Notes under the pieces: model-generated | Seen by the model: the letters and a program-made list of their open reading frames with translations, nothing else | What the model was told of the DNA's origin: nothing | The model's database searches: none | In this document: piece by piece, positions 46,277-57,950 of the stretch | Position numbering within the stretch: the first letter of the stretch is position 1 | Layout of the letters: the number at the start of each line of letters is the position of its first letter | Source: Escherichia coli 042 | GTDB lineage: Bacteria > Pseudomonadota > Gammaproteobacteria > Enterobacterales > Enterobacteriaceae | NCBI RefSeq assembly: GCF_000027125.1 | Contig: NC_017626.1 | Strand: one strand, 5' to 3' | DNA: 64,000 bases | Program-made: the position numbers and the translations under genes

Positions 46277-47072
46277 GGTTCTCTCCAGCTTTAGTGTCGT
46301 TTTGTGTAGGGCAAAAACGAATGACTTTCGTTAAATTAATCGGAAAACAAAGCATTACCTTTTAACTAAAAGATAAGTGACCGTGTTGACATAGTTTTAG
46401 CGAGAAATTAATTCTCCATAGGAGAGCAATATCACATCGCAGAATTACAGTGAGAACGTGCATAAATTTAGCGGGAAAAGACATAAGGAAAAGCTCATTT
46501 GTCAGACAAATCACCGAGCGCGCAGCAGATTAATCCATAAGATTAGCCTGGAAATCCTTGTTGTCTTTGGTACCCATGCGGGATGTCTTCTTTTTAACCA
46601 GTCAATAGGCTGCATTACCTGGCGTTGAGTTTTTGAAATGGTGTAATAACCGCAACTCAAAGATGTGGAAAATGCGCGTCATTCATTTCGTCATTAATTA
46701 TCACCGTGCTCATTAATTAACAGAACACGTATACTGAGAGCCATATCGCAAAAATGAAAAAACGTTTTAAAAAATCATTGCCTCATCATGAATTCAAATC
46801 CCCCTATTAATATCAACAAGATACAAAAAGCATCATCATTAAAATTCATTGCAGTTACATTGATTTCATCAATGAAATGTAAAAATATATAAACTTGATG
46901 ATTTAAGCATTTTCTTATACCCGTTCAGACGTTATTCTTATTTCAGATCATCGTCAGAATTGACTCCACGATCACATTTCGGACCGGCAGAAAGGAATTA
47001 TTCTGCAAACAGTAATTATGGTGTTTTGATTTATCTTGCACCTCTCCACTTCTGGATATAAGGATATTAGGT

Positions 47073-47576
47073 ATGGCAACCGCTGGAATGCTTCTCAAAC
47101 TCAACTCTCAAATGAACCGCGAGTTTTACGCATCCAATCTCTACCTTCACCTGAGTAACTGGTGTTCTGAACAGAGTCTGAACGGCACCGCCACTTTCCT
47201 TCGCGCCCAGGCACAAAGTAATGTGACCCAAATGATGCGCATGTTTAACTTTATGAAGAGTGTCGGCGCTACCCCAATCGTTAAAGCCATTGATGTTCCC
47301 GGTGAAAAACTGAACTCTCTGGAAGAACTGTTCCAAAAAACGATGGAAGAATACGAGCAACGTTCAAGCACGCTGGCGCAGTTAGCCGATGAAGCGAAAG
47401 AACTGAATGATGATTCAACCGTCAATTTCCTGCGCGATCTGGAAAAAGAACAGCAGCATGATGGCCTGTTGCTGCAAACCATTCTTGATGAAGTGCGCAG
47501 TGCGAAACTTGCGGGTATGTGCCCTGTGCAGACCGACCAACATGTTCTGAATGTCGTGTCACACCAGCTGCATTGA
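47073..47576 (+). CDS. ftnB: ferritin-like protein FtnB
   Basis: 167 aa, [26 protein letters not shown]. Confidence 0.93.
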   Translation: MATAGMLLKLNSQMNREFYASNLYLHLSNWCSEQSLNGTATFLRAQAQSNVTQMMRMFNFMKSVGATPIVKAIDVPGEKLNSLEELFQKTMEEYEQRSSTLAQLADEAKELNDDSTVNFLRDLEKEQQHDGLLLQTILDEVRSAKLAGMCPVQTDQHVLNVVSHQLH

Positions 47577-47655
47577 TCATACATCGGCGCTAATGCATTG
47601 CGCCGATGAAGTTTTTGAGAAACCGCTGCCTCATCTTTTTGAAGCAGCGGTTTTT

Positions 47656-47907
47656 TTAATGGGATTCGCCCTGTGGGGTAAACTTGAGTTCAATCAGCGC
47701 GATGGCTTTTTGGATTGCCCGCATGGTGACCGGGTCTGCGGCGGCGGGATGGTGAGTAAAGTCGATATTCTTCAGCTGGCTGGACATTTTTTCACGAACT
47801 TCAACGGGCGCGATTACATCGAGAACATCCAGAATTTGTTTGATAACCAACTGGCAAGCAACCACATCAGAAACCAGTTCCTGATCGGCATTCAGCGGCT
47901 GGGACAT
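47656..47907 (-). CDS. yecJ: DUF2766 protein YecJ
   Basis: 83 aa, [24 protein letters not shown]. Confidence 0.85.
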   Translation of the reverse strand: MSQPLNADQELVSDVVACQLVIKQILDVLDVIAPVEVREKMSSQLKNIDFTHHPAAADPVTMRAIQKAIALIELKFTPQGESH

Positions 47908-47993
47908 CGTAAACTCCTGATAGCATTTTGAAAGCCGTTATAGTAGCGGCTTCACATCTTCAGCGATAGTCACATCCACCGTCATCAGGACAC

Positions 47994-48020
47994 AAAAAAA
48001 CCTGCCGGAGCAGGTTTTTT
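47994..48020. terminator. bidirectional rho-independent terminator 3' of azuC
   Basis: aaaaaaa-cctgc-cgga-gcagg-tttttt. Confidence 0.75.
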
Positions 48021-48021
48021 G

Positions 48022-48108
48022 TTATCGGAACATATTGCCTGGCGGTACGTCTTTGAACGTCTTGCAATAGTTATTGAACATACTTTTCAGGATCTTGCGC
48101 AGTTTCAT
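48022..48108 (-). CDS. azuC: small membrane-associated protein AzuC (28 aa)
   Basis: The minus strand reads ATG AAA CTG CGC AAG ATC CTG AAA AGT ATG TTC AAT AAC TAT TGC AAG ACG TTC AAA GAC GTA CCG CCA GGC AAT ATG TTC CGA TAA = MKLRKILKSMFNNYCKTFKDVPPGNMFR; below the ORF-track length cutoff. Confidence 0.88.
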   Translation of the reverse strand: MKLRKILKSMFNNYCKTFKDVPPGNMFR

Positions 48109-48369
48109 CGCGGCACTCCGACTATTTGTTATGCAGGTGTTATTGTCTTTGCGCTTATAATATGACAACCATCACAAAAATCAATCTTTATGTGATGTAA
48201 ATCACACAAATACCTCTTTAATGTTATAAAAATGATAATCAAAAAGCAGCCCCCCCTTTCTGACACATACAGATGGCAAGAAATAGCGCCTGCCAGGCGT
48301 CTTTTCCGGCCATTGTCGCAGCGCTGTAGCGCGTAAAATACTGCTTTCTTTTACTCTTCTGGCTGGACC

Positions 48370-48693
48370 ATGAGACTTCTGATTCTGACTCTTTCATTAA
48401 TAACGCTGGCGGGGTGCACAGTTACTCGCCAGGCTCATGTGGGCGAAGTTGACGCGGCAACAGGTATTGTTCGGTTGGTTTATGATCAGGCTTTTTTGCA
48501 GCATGCCCGTACCGATCGTTATGTCAGTCGCGGAATCGCCGATCGCGCATGCCAGCAGGAAGGCTATACCCACGCTATCCCCTTTGGTCAGCCAGTAGGC
48601 AACTGTAGCCTCTTTGCGGGTTCCTTATGTTTGAATACGGAATTCACTTTGTCATATCAGTGCCATCATTCCGCCTTCCCTGTTTTTCTCTAA
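48370..48693 (+). CDS. yecR: lipoprotein YecR
   Basis: 107 aa; lipobox LAGC in MRLLILTLSLITLAGCTV. Confidence 0.88.
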   Translation: MRLLILTLSLITLAGCTVTRQAHVGEVDAATGIVRLVYDQAFLQHARTDRYVSRGIADRACQQEGYTHAIPFGQPVGNCSLFAGSLCLNTEFTLSYQCHHSAFPVFL

Positions 48694-48864
48694 ATGTTTT
48701 AATCAGCGAGGGGGATCTTCGCTGATTAAATAAATAGCGGTAATGCGTTTTATTCCCATTCGTATTTTTAATAAATGAAGTTTATATTTTACCTTTTGCA
48801 AATAATAAAATAACAAATTATAGTGACGCCACAGCAACAAATATAACCTTTGTGGAGCACTATC

Positions 48865-49362
48865 ATGCTGAAACCAGAAATGATTGAAAAACTTAATGAG
48901 CAGATGAACCTGGAACTGTACTCTTCACTGCTTTATCAGCAAATGAGCGCCTGGTGCAGCTATCATACCTTCGAAGGTGCTGCCGCGTTCCTGCGCCGTC
49001 ACGCCCAGGAAGAGATGACGCATATGCAGCGTCTGTTTGATTATCTGACTGATACCGGCAACTTACCGCGTATTAATACCGTTGAATCTCCGTTTGCTGA
49101 ATATTCCTCACTTGATGAATTATTCCAGGAAACCTATAAACACGAACAATTAATCACCCAGAAAATTAACGAACTGGCTCATGCTGCAATGACCAATCAG
49201 GACTACCCAACATTTAATTTCCTGCAATGGTATGTTTCTGAGCAGCATGAAGAAGAGAAACTGTTCAAATCGATTATTGATAAATTAAGCCTGGCAGGCA
49301 AAAGCGGCGAAGGTTTGTATTTTATCGACAAAGAACTCTCCACCCTCGACACACAAAACTAA
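48865..49362 (+). CDS. ftnA: ferritin FtnA
   Basis: 165 aa from [27 protein letters not shown]; the ORF track adds 5 codons. Confidence 0.95.
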
Positions 49363-49399
49363 TGTTCTCCGGCGGCAGGTTTACTGCCGCCGTTTCAAA

Positions 49400-49639
49400 T
49401 CAGTGACGGCAAATCTTACTCTGATCGGTCGAAAAACCTTCTTCCGAAGGTATAAATTTGCCTTTTGCTGCCAGAAACGCTACCAGCTCTCCCGCTGTCA
49501 TCCCTTCTGCCGAGCAAGTGTGAAAACGTGCCTGTTCACCAAAACGCGCTTTAATCGCAGCTTCCAGACTGGCATGCGTATATTGCTCACCTGATTCAAT
49601 CATCATATTTAACACTTCATGACCGTGAATAGAGTCCAT
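49400..49639 (-). CDS. yecH: DUF2492 protein YecH
   Basis: 79 aa, MDSIHGHEVLNMMIESGEQYTHASLE. Confidence 0.85.
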   Translation of the reverse strand: MDSIHGHEVLNMMIESGEQYTHASLEAAIKARFGEQARFHTCSAEGMTAGELVAFLAAKGKFIPSEEGFSTDQSKICRH

Positions 49640-49829
49640 CGTTCCTCCTCAAAAAAAAGCTAGCGTAGCGATTGCCGCTTACCAAGACTTTGCGCCAGCG
49701 CAGGACTGAATGCATTTTATTGTACATTTATATTTACACCATATGTAACGCCGGTTTGACGAAGCAGCCGTTATGCCTTAACCTGCGCCGCAGATATCAC
49801 TCATAAAGATCGTCAGGACAGAAGAAAGC

Positions 49830-51041
49830 GTGAAAAACAGAACTCTGGGAAGTGTTTTTATCGTGGCGGGAACCACAATTGGCGCAGGCATGCTGGCAAT
49901 GCCGCTGGCTGCGGCAGGTGTTGGTTTTAGCGTCACGTTAATCTTGTTGATTGGGCTTTGGGGGTTGATGTGCTACACGGCGCTATTACTACTGGAGGTG
50001 TACCAGCATGTCCCGGCAGATACCGGTCTGGGCACGCTGGCAAAACGCTATCTGGGACGCTACGGTCAGTGGCTGACGGGCTTCAGTATGATGTTCTTAA
50101 TGTATGCTCTGACTGCGGCATACATCAGCGGTGCTGGTGAATTGTTGGCCTCCAGCATCAGCGACTGGACAGGTATTTCAATGTCGGCAACCGCTGGCGT
50201 GCTGTTGTTCACTTTTGTTGCCGGTGGCGTGGTTTGTGTCGGAACTTCGCTGGTCGATTTATTTAACCGTTTTCTGTTCAGCGCCAAAATTATTTTTCTG
50301 GTGGTGATGCTGGTACTGCTACTTCCGCATATTCATAAGGTGAATCTTTTAACCCTGCCGTTGCAACAGGGGCTGGCACTGTCTGCAATCCCGGTGATTT
50401 TTACGTCGTTTGGTTTTCACGGTAGCGTGCCGAGCATTGTCAGTTATATGGATGGCAATATTCGTAAGCTACGCTGGGTGTTTATAACCGGTAGTGCGAT
50501 CCCTCTGGTGGCATATATTTTCTGGCAGCTGGCGACGCTTGGCAGCATTGATTCAACAACCTTTATGGGATTGCTGGCTAATCATGCCGGATTAAACGGG
50601 CTGTTACAGGCGTTACGCGAAATGGTGGCCTCTCCGCATGTTGAGCTGGCGGTGCATTTATTTGCTGATTTAGCCCTCGCCACGTCATTTCTCGGCGTTG
50701 CGTTAGGTTTATTTGATTATCTGGCAGATTTGTTTCAGCGTTCAAATACCGTTGGTGGACGATTGCAAACTGGTGCAATTACCTTTCTGCCGCCGTTAGC
50801 GTTTGCACTGTTTTATCCACGAGGATTTGTGATGGCGCTGGGTTACGCCGGTGTGGCGCTGGCGATACTGGCATTGATTATCCCTTCGCTGTTGACCTGG
50901 CAAAGCAGAAAGCACAATCCTCAGGCGGGTTACCGGGTGAAAGGTGGTCGTCCGGCGCTGGTGGTGGTGTTTCTCTGTGGTATTGCTGTGATTGGCGTGC
51001 AATTTTTGATTGCGGCAGGCTTGTTACCAGAAGTGGGATGA
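49830..51041 (+). CDS. tyrP: tyrosine-specific transporter (HAAAP family)
   Basis: 403 aa; GTG start; polytopic membrane protein. Confidence 0.93.
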   Translation: MKNRTLGSVFIVAGTTIGAGMLAMPLAAAGVGFSVTLILLIGLWGLMCYTALLLLEVYQHVPADTGLGTLAKRYLGRYGQWLTGFSMMFLMYALTAAYISGAGELLASSISDWTGISMSATAGVLLFTFVAGGVVCVGTSLVDLFNRFLFSAKIIFLVVMLVLLLPHIHKVNLLTLPLQQGLALSAIPVIFTSFGFHGSVPSIVSYMDGNIRKLRWVFITGSAIPLVAYIFWQLATLGSIDSTTFMGLLANHAGLNGLLQALREMVASPHVELAVHLFADLALATSFLGVALGLFDYLADLFQRSNTVGGRLQTGAITFLPPLAFALFYPRGFVMALGYAGVALAILALIIPSLLTWQSRKHNPQAGYRVKGGRPALVVVFLCGIAVIGVQFLIAAGLLPEVG

Positions 51042-51090
51042 TTAGATCTTATTGGGTGCCAGAATTAACGCTGACACCCAATTTGACCTC

Positions 51091-51756
51091 TTAATGCAGG
51101 CAGCACTGCTTAAATTTCTTACCACTGCCGCACGGACAAGGATCGTTACGACCCGGTTTCTCTTCTGCTTTGATCGGTTGCTGAACAGCTTTTTCCTGCG
51201 GATGCGCCATCCAGTATGCATGTAAATCAAGCGCCGCCAGTCGAATGGCATCTACGCTCTCTTCAAACGCTTCTGGCGACATCTTCTCTACCCGCTCGAA
51301 GTTTTCCTCAGTACCGTGCAGCGCAATCGCCTCCAGCGCCGGTTTTAACGAATCGGGCAACGTTGACCAGTCAGAAAGTGCCACGCCCCGCATATAGCCA
51401 AAGCACCATTCCTCAACAATCGTCAGCTCGCTGCCATCGACTTCTCGCAAACCGAATAACGGCTCAAACTGCTCCGGGAATTCGTTCAGACGCTCTGCGG
51501 TATCGGCCATATGTTGAAAGGCCAGGTTCATAAAGCGCGTCATCTCTTTCTCTGATGCCCAGCGCGGCACATAGTCAGCCCCACCCCACACGGCAACCAG
51601 CCACTGTGCCGGTTCAATCTCTTGCGGAGAACTCAACACCGCCGTCAATAAACCGTCCAGCTCCGCCACATCAAGAATGGCGTGGTCAGTGTTGTATTTG
51701 GTCAGAATATCGTCCAGCCATTCCAACTCACTTTCGTTTAACGGTCCCGTTTTCAT
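51091..51756 (-). CDS. yecA: UPF0149 protein YecA with C-terminal SEC-C zinc-binding motif
   Basis: 221 aa; C-terminus [16 protein letters not shown]. Confidence 0.9.
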   Translation of the reverse strand: MKTGPLNESELEWLDDILTKYNTDHAILDVAELDGLLTAVLSSPQEIEPAQWLVAVWGGADYVPRWASEKEMTRFMNLAFQHMADTAERLNEFPEQFEPLFGLREVDGSELTIVEEWCFGYMRGVALSDWSTLPDSLKPALEAIALHGTEENFERVEKMSPEAFEESVDAIRLAALDLHAYWMAHPQEKAVQQPIKAEEKPGRNDPCPCGSGKKFKQCCLH

Positions 51757-51951
51757 ACGCTTTTCCTTGTGGATCTCAACTCGCCAGCACCTATCTTACA
51801 TGTCGGTCCGTAACAGAGATACTTTTTGAGTGGCTTTGCCGGTGATTAAAAATTAAGGAGGGTGTAACGACAAGTTGCAGGCACAAAAAAACCACCCGAA
51901 GGTGGTTTCACGACACTGCTTATTGCTTTGATTTTATTCTTATCTTTCCCA

Positions 51952-52038
51952 TGGTACCCGGAGCGGGACTTGAACCCGCACAGCGCGAACGCCGAGGGAT
52001 TTTAAATCCCTTGTGTCTACCGATTCCACCATCCGGGC
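51952..52038 (-). tRNA. leuZ: tRNA-Leu (anticodon UAA)
   Basis: 87-nt type II tRNA; the minus strand reads GCCCGGATGGTGGAATCGGTAGACACAAGGGATTTAAAATCCC...GGGTACCA with encoded CCA. Confidence 0.95.
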
Positions 52039-52050
52039 TCGGGAAGAAAG

Positions 52051-52124
52051 TGGAGGCGCGTTCCGGAGTCGAACCGGACTAGACGGATTTGCAATCCGCT
52101 ACATAACCGCTTTGTTAACGCGCC
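52051..52124 (-). tRNA. cysT: tRNA-Cys (anticodon GCA)
   Basis: 74 nt; the minus strand reads GGCGCGTTAACAAAGCGGTTATGTAGCGGATTGCAAATCCGTCTAGTCCGGTTCGACTCCGGAACGCGCCTCCA. Confidence 0.95.
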
Positions 52125-52178
52125 AAATTCTTCAGGCCTTTCAGCCAGACATCCGCTTGACGCCGATGTCTTTTAAAC

Positions 52179-52254
<76 letters not shown>

Positions 52255-52405
52255 ATTCATCAAGCAATCAGTTAATCACTTGATTTTATTATCGTCTGGC
52301 AATCAGTGCCGCCGTTCGATGCGTTGCATTCTACTTACCTGGCGCGATGAGTCAACGATATTTTTCACCACTTTTGATCGTTTGCTGAAAATTGCGCCGA
52401 AACGA

Positions 52406-52954
52406 TCACTGATCAAGCAAATCTGCACGCGCAGCGCTCAAATATTGCAACATTGACCACAGAGTCAGTACCGCAGCCACAAAGAAAAGTGCAATACCGG
52501 CGTACTCAACCCAAATGTTCGGACGCCACAGCAGCCAGGCCAACGCCACCATCTGGGCAGTGGTTTTCACTTTCCCAATCCAGGAGACAGCCACGCTACT
52601 GCGTTTACCCAACTCCGCCATCCATTCACGTAGCGCAGAAATAATAATTTCACGGGCGATCATCGTTGCTGCCGGTAAGGTCACCCACCAGCTGTGATAA
52701 TGCTCGGTTACCAGCACCATGGCGATAGCCACGAGAACTTTATCTGCCACAGGGTCAAGGAAAGCACCAAACCGGGTACTCTGGTTCCAGCGGCGTGCCA
52801 GAAAACCATCGAACCAGTCAGTCACCGCCGCGACGCAGAAAATGAGCGCGGCGGCAAACGGCGACCAGGTGACAGGCAGATAAAAGACCAATACAAAGAA
52901 TGGGATAAGGATGACACGGAACAGTGTAAGCAACGTAGGGATATTAAATTGCAT
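52406..52954 (-). CDS. pgsA: CDP-diacylglycerol--glycerol-3-phosphate 3-phosphatidyltransferase
   Basis: 182 aa; CDP-alcohol phosphotransferase motif region DWFDGFLAR. Confidence 0.95.
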
Positions 52955-53010
52955 AATGACGGGTAACTATCTGTTGTCAGTAAGATTACCCCTATGTTGC
53001 TACAGAGACA

Positions 53011-54843
53011 TCAATGTTTCAACGACCAGAAGATCTTTTCTGCCAGACCTTGCGAAATACCCGGCACTTTTGCAATTTCCTCAACGCTGGCGTTACGTAA
53101 ACCTTGCAAACCGCCCATATATTTCAACAACATTTGCCGACGTTTTGGCCCGACGCCTTCAATGGTTTCCAGGGAACTGGTATTTTTGACCTTCGCCCGT
53201 TTCTTACGGTGCCCGCCAATCGCGTGATCGTGTGATTCATCGCGAATATGCTGGATAACATGCAGCGCGGGAGAATCTGGCGGCAAACTAAATCCCTCAC
53301 CTTCCGGCTCAAAGAACAGCGTTTCCAGCCCAGCCTTACGATCTGCTCCTTTGGCAACGCCAAGAAGCAGCGGATGATTTTTATCCCATGAGACATCCAG
53401 TTCGGCGAAGACATTTTTCGCCTGCGCAAGCTGGCCTTTGCCGCCGTCAATAAGGATCACATCCGGGATCTTACTGTCGTCGATGGCTTTACCATAACGC
53501 CGACGCAGCACCTGATTCATCGCCGCATAATCATCGCCCGGCGTGATGCCAGTAATGTTATAGCGCCGATACTCCGCACGCAGCGGGCCGTTAGCATCAA
53601 ACACCACACAGGAAGCGACGGTTTGTTCACCCATGGTATGGCTGATGTCAAAGCACTCCATCCGCTTCACTTCCGGCAATTTCAACACGCTGGCAAGCGC
53701 GGTCAGTCGCTGGTGAACGGTAGATTGCTGCGAAAGTTTGCTGGTTAAGGCCGTCGCCGCATTGGTGCGCGCGAGTTTCAGATAACGCGCCCGATCGCCG
53801 CGAGGTTTGGTTTGAACATTAATCTTGCGTCCCGCCAGTTCTGAAAGGGAATCGGCGAGCAGCGTTTTATCGCTAAGATTAAAATCGAGCAGGATCTCAC
53901 CCGGTAAGGTGCGCATCTGGCTGCCTTGTAAATAGAACTGACCTACGAAGGTTTCTACCACCTCGCTCAGTTCCGTACCGCCAGGCACTTTCGGGAAATA
54001 GCTGCGGCTGCCGAGCACTTTGCCCTGACGAATGAACAATACATGGACACAAGCCATTCCCGCATCGAACGCCACACCAATAACGTCGAGGTCGTCGCCG
54101 GTATTGGACACAAACTGTTTTTCGGTGACGCGTCGCACCGCCTGAATTTGGTCGCGAATACGTGCCGCTTCTTCAAACTCCAGATTCTGGCTGGCAGTTT
54201 CCATACGGCTAATGAGTTGCGTAAGCACCTGATCATCTTTGCCAGACAAAAACAGGCGCACATACTCGACCTGCTGAGCGTATTCTTCTTCACTCACCAG
54301 TCCTTCAACGCACGGTCCCAGACAGCGCCCTATCTGATATTGCAGACACGGACGCGAGCGATTGCGATAAACACTATTTTCGCACTGGCGAATGGGGAAT
54401 ATCTTTTGCAGTAGCGCCAGTGTTTCACGTACGGCATAGCCATTCGGGAACGGGCCGAAATATTCACCTTTAGCATGCTTCGCACCACGATGCATCGCCA
54501 GACGCGGATGGGTATCGCCACTCAGGAAGATAAAGGGATAAGATTTATCATCGCGTAGCAAAACGTTGTAACGCGGCTGATAGAGTTTGATGTAGTTGTG
54601 TTCCAGCAACAGCGCTTCGGTTTCTGTATGAGTAACCGTTACATCAATTTGCTGGATCTGGGCGACCAGCGCTTCGGTTTTGCGCGAAGCGAGGTTGCTA
54701 CGGAAATAGCTGGAAAGCCGTTTTTTCAGGTCTTTCGCTTTGCCGACATAGATAACCGTACCACCAGCATCGTACATGCGATAAACGCCTGGCTGGCTGG
54801 TTACGGTTTTTAAAAACGCTTTTGCGTCAAACTGATCACTCAC
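53011..54843 (-). CDS. uvrC: excinuclease ABC subunit C
   Basis: 610 aa; GIY-YIG N-terminal motif ([18 protein letters not shown]). Confidence 0.96.
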
Positions 54844-55496
54844 TGACTTGATAATGTCTCCGCATTACACAGACCATGGCGAATTGCCAGGTGAGTCAGC
54901 TCAACATCGCCATGAATGTTTAGTTTACTGAACATACGATAGCGGTAGCTGTTCACCGTTTTCGGACTGAGATTGAGCTGTTCTGAGATCTCATTGACCT
55001 TCTGGCCCTTGGTGATCATCAGCATAATCTGCAATTCACGTTCAGACAAACTGGCAAATGGGCTTTCTGTTTTTTCTGGTTCGATCTGGCTTAACGCCAT
55101 TTGTTGAGCGATGTCAGAAGCAATGTAACGCTGCCCTGAATAGACAGAACGGATCGCACTCACGACTTCCTGCGGAGCCGCGCCTTTGCTGAGGTAGCCA
55201 GCAGCACCGGCCTGCATGACTTTCGCTGGTAAAGGGTTTTCTGTATGGACGGTAAGCATGATGATTTTGACATCAGCTGTGGAACGCGCGATTTTACGCG
55301 TCGCCTCAAGACCGCCAATGCCCGGCATACTCATGTCCATTAGCACCACGTCAACGGCATTTGCCCGGCACCACTTAACGGCGTCTTCACCGCACGATGC
55401 CTCTCCGACGACTTTTATACCCTTTATATCTTCCAGAATGCGTCGTATCCCTGCGCGCACCAGTTCGTGGTCATCAACAAGTAGAACGTTGATCAA
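54840..55496 (-). CDS. uvrY: BarA-partner response regulator UvrY (LuxR/FixJ family)
   Basis: 218 aa, [23 protein letters not shown]; 4-nt overlap with the uvrC start. Confidence 0.96.
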
Positions 55497-55954
55497 AGGA
55501 ATATCTCCAGAAATAGGGATAACGCTACTGATAGTTAGTCATTCGTATATTAGCGGTTTTTATTGCAACTTTGAAACGTTAAAAATGGTGGGTATTCGAT
55601 TTTTCTCTCGTTTTTGTAAATTCGATTGTCCACAGTTATGGTCACGCCCGTCACCAACGGCTTCCGGGATCGTTTCACTGTAAGCCCTGCGATGAAATGT
55701 GACAAAAATTGACTTTATTCAGCAAAAATGAAAATCAGCCCGCTGAATATGTAACATTAATTAACCCGAACAATACGGGCAAAAAACATTCATGATAAAA
55801 ATATTTATTGGTCATTATATTAACGTATTTTATAGCACTGCCGATATCACGCTCAAAAAACAACCACTGCTATTTTTAGCAAAGCTTATGGTATACTCCG
55901 CCGCCTTAACATTTTTCACCGCAAATTTTCATTGCAACATGACGAGGAAAATAA

Positions 55955-56179
55955 ATGAGTACGCCTGATTTTTCTACTGCCGAGAATAATCAAGAACTGG
56001 CAAATGAAGTCTCCTGCCTGAAAGCGATGCTGACGCTGATGCTGCAGGCGATGGGACAAGCTGACGCGGGCCGCGTGATGTTAAAGATGGAAAAACAGCT
56101 TGCGCTGATCGAAGACGAAACCCAGGCTGCAGTATTTTCCAAAACGGTTAAGCAAATTAAACAAGCCTACCGTCAGTAA
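55955..56179 (+). CDS. yecF: DUF2594 small protein YecF
   Basis: 74 aa, [26 protein letters not shown]. Confidence 0.85.
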
Positions 56180-56183
56180 TATA

Positions 56184-56218
56184 AAACCGGCTGAGAGCGT
56201 GCCTTTCAGCCGGTTTTT
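56184..56218. terminator. rho-independent terminator between convergent yecF and sdiA
   Basis: aaaccggctga-gagcgtgcctt-tcagccggttttt. Confidence 0.8.
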
Positions 56219-56245
56219 GCATCTGGCACGCAGAAAGAAAAGCGA

Positions 56246-56968
56246 TCAAATTAAGCCAGTAGCGGCCGCGTAACAGGCCACCTGGGTCTTATTTGGTGCA
56301 TTGATTTTTTTCTGCATGTTTTTCTGATGGAAATTGACCGTATTCTCAGAGATTGACAAAATCATCGCTATCTCTGCTGATGTCTTCCCTTCCGCCGTCC
56401 ATTTCAGAATTTCTTTTTCGCGCTTGCTGAAATTCATCTCTGGCGTCATCACTATTTCATCATTTAAACGCATCAGAGCCATCAGACTTTCGCGCACCAG
56501 TAACTGCATTTTTAATTGCAGTTCATCACTAAGAATGGGTATTTCGCGCGTGCTGCAACGGGAAAAGGACAAAAAGCCCAGCGCCCGATTTGGCAGCATT
56601 AAATACTGAGTGACACCGCGGCGTAAACCATGCGCGCGCGCGGCTTCCCATAACGGCTGAGCTTCGCTGAATAAGTCATCATTCCACATTAAATGGCCCT
56701 GACTAAAGTTTTCAGGGTTCAGCACAGGATCAATTGCGAGAAAATTTTTTGCCTGATAATAACTAACCCAAGCCTCAGGGTAATTGGTGTAGAAAGCCAC
56801 TTTAGGTCGCGTGAATGGTACCGGGTGGCGAACACATAACGAATAGTAATCGTACTCCAGCTGCTGAGCCTGAAGCTCTATTTCATGGTAGACCTCTTCT
56901 GCGGCCTCCATCCTCTGAAAACGCAACAGCATCGTGCGACGCCAGCTGAAAAAATCCGTATCCTGCAT
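56246..56968 (-). CDS. sdiA: orphan LuxR-type acyl-homoserine-lactone receptor SdiA
   Basis: 240 aa from MQDTDFFSWRRTMLLRFQRMEAAEEVYHEIE; C-terminal HTH. Confidence 0.94.
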   Translation of the reverse strand: MQDTDFFSWRRTMLLRFQRMEAAEEVYHEIELQAQQLEYDYYSLCVRHPVPFTRPKVAFYTNYPEAWVSYYQAKNFLAIDPVLNPENFSQGHLMWNDDLFSEAQPLWEAARAHGLRRGVTQYLMLPNRALGFLSFSRCSTREIPILSDELQLKMQLLVRESLMALMRLNDEIVMTPEMNFSKREKEILKWTAEGKTSAEIAMILSISENTVNFHQKNMQKKINAPNKTQVACYAAATGLI

Positions 56969-57197
56969 AGTAAACCGCAACGCCCCTGAGAGTGAGTATC
57001 ATTTATAATGATAATTCAAACTATCACATAAATAAGATTTATATATAATTTATATTATTCAGGCAATGAATTACTTTTGCAAGCCATCGCATTCTCTTAT
57101 GTTATTAATGAGTTATGCTGATTTGTTAAGCACTTTTATTACGCTTGAAATGGCGTCCCGCCCCGACAAGTGAATCGTCGGGGCTGATTTTTTCTTA

Positions 57198-57950
57198 TTA
57201 TTGCAGCAGAAACTTCTCGAGGAACTGGCGGGTGCGAGGCTGCTGAGGATCGGCAAATAACGCTTTTGCGGCCCCCTGCTCGACTATCCGCCCCTGGTCC
57301 ATAAAGATCGCCCGGTCCGCAACATCCCGGGCAAAGCTCATTTCGTGCGTCACAATCACCATTGTGCGCTTTTCCTGCGCCAGCTGACGGATGGTGTTCA
57401 GGACTTCGCCCACCAGCTCTGGATCCAGCGCCGACGTTGGCTCGTCAAACAAAATCACCTCAGGACGCATAGCCAGCGCTCGCGCAATCGCGACACGCTG
57501 CTGTTGACCGCCAGACAAACGACGTGGATAGCTGGTTTCTTTACCTTCCAGCCCAACTTTCGCCAGCAGCTCGCGAGCGCGCGCCGTGGCCTCTTCTTTC
57601 GGTTCGCCTTTGACGATCACCGGCCCTTCAATAATGTTTTCCAGCACCGTACGATGCGGAAACAAATTAAAGTTCTGGAAGACAAACCCGACGTGCTGAC
57701 GCAACTGGCGAATCAGCGATTTTTGCTGACTTAATGAACGTGCAGTATCAATGGTGATATCGCCAACGGTGATGGTTCCCGCTTCCGGTTGTTCCAGCAG
57801 ATTTATGCTGCGTAGCAACGTGGTTTTGCCGGAACCACTTGGACCGATAATTGCCACTACTTCGCCAGGCTTCACCTCAAGGTCGATACCGTGCAGCACC
57901 GTCTGACCATGGAATTTTTTCACCAGGTTCTTAACTTCAATGGCACTCAT
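57198..57950 (-). CDS. tcyN: L-cystine ABC transporter ATP-binding protein (YecC)
   Basis: 250 aa; Walker A GPSGSGKTT. Confidence 0.93.
   Translation of the reverse strand: MSAIEVKNLVKKFHGQTVLHGIDLEVKPGEVVAIIGPSGSGKTTLLRSINLLEQPEAGTITVGDITIDTARSLSQQKSLIRQLRQHVGFVFQNFNLFPHRTVLENIIEGPVIVKGEPKEEATARARELLAKVGLEGKETSYPRRLSGGQQQRVAIARALAMRPEVILFDEPTSALDPELVGEVLNTIRQLAQEKRTMVIVTHEMSFARDVADRAIFMDQGRIVEQGAAKALFADPQQPRTRQFLEKFLLQ

Noticed and set aside
55497-55954. Possible LexA box upstream of uvrY/uvrC
   Set aside because: No CTGT-N8-ACAG palindrome found by eye in the uvrY upstream region; not supported by the sequence.
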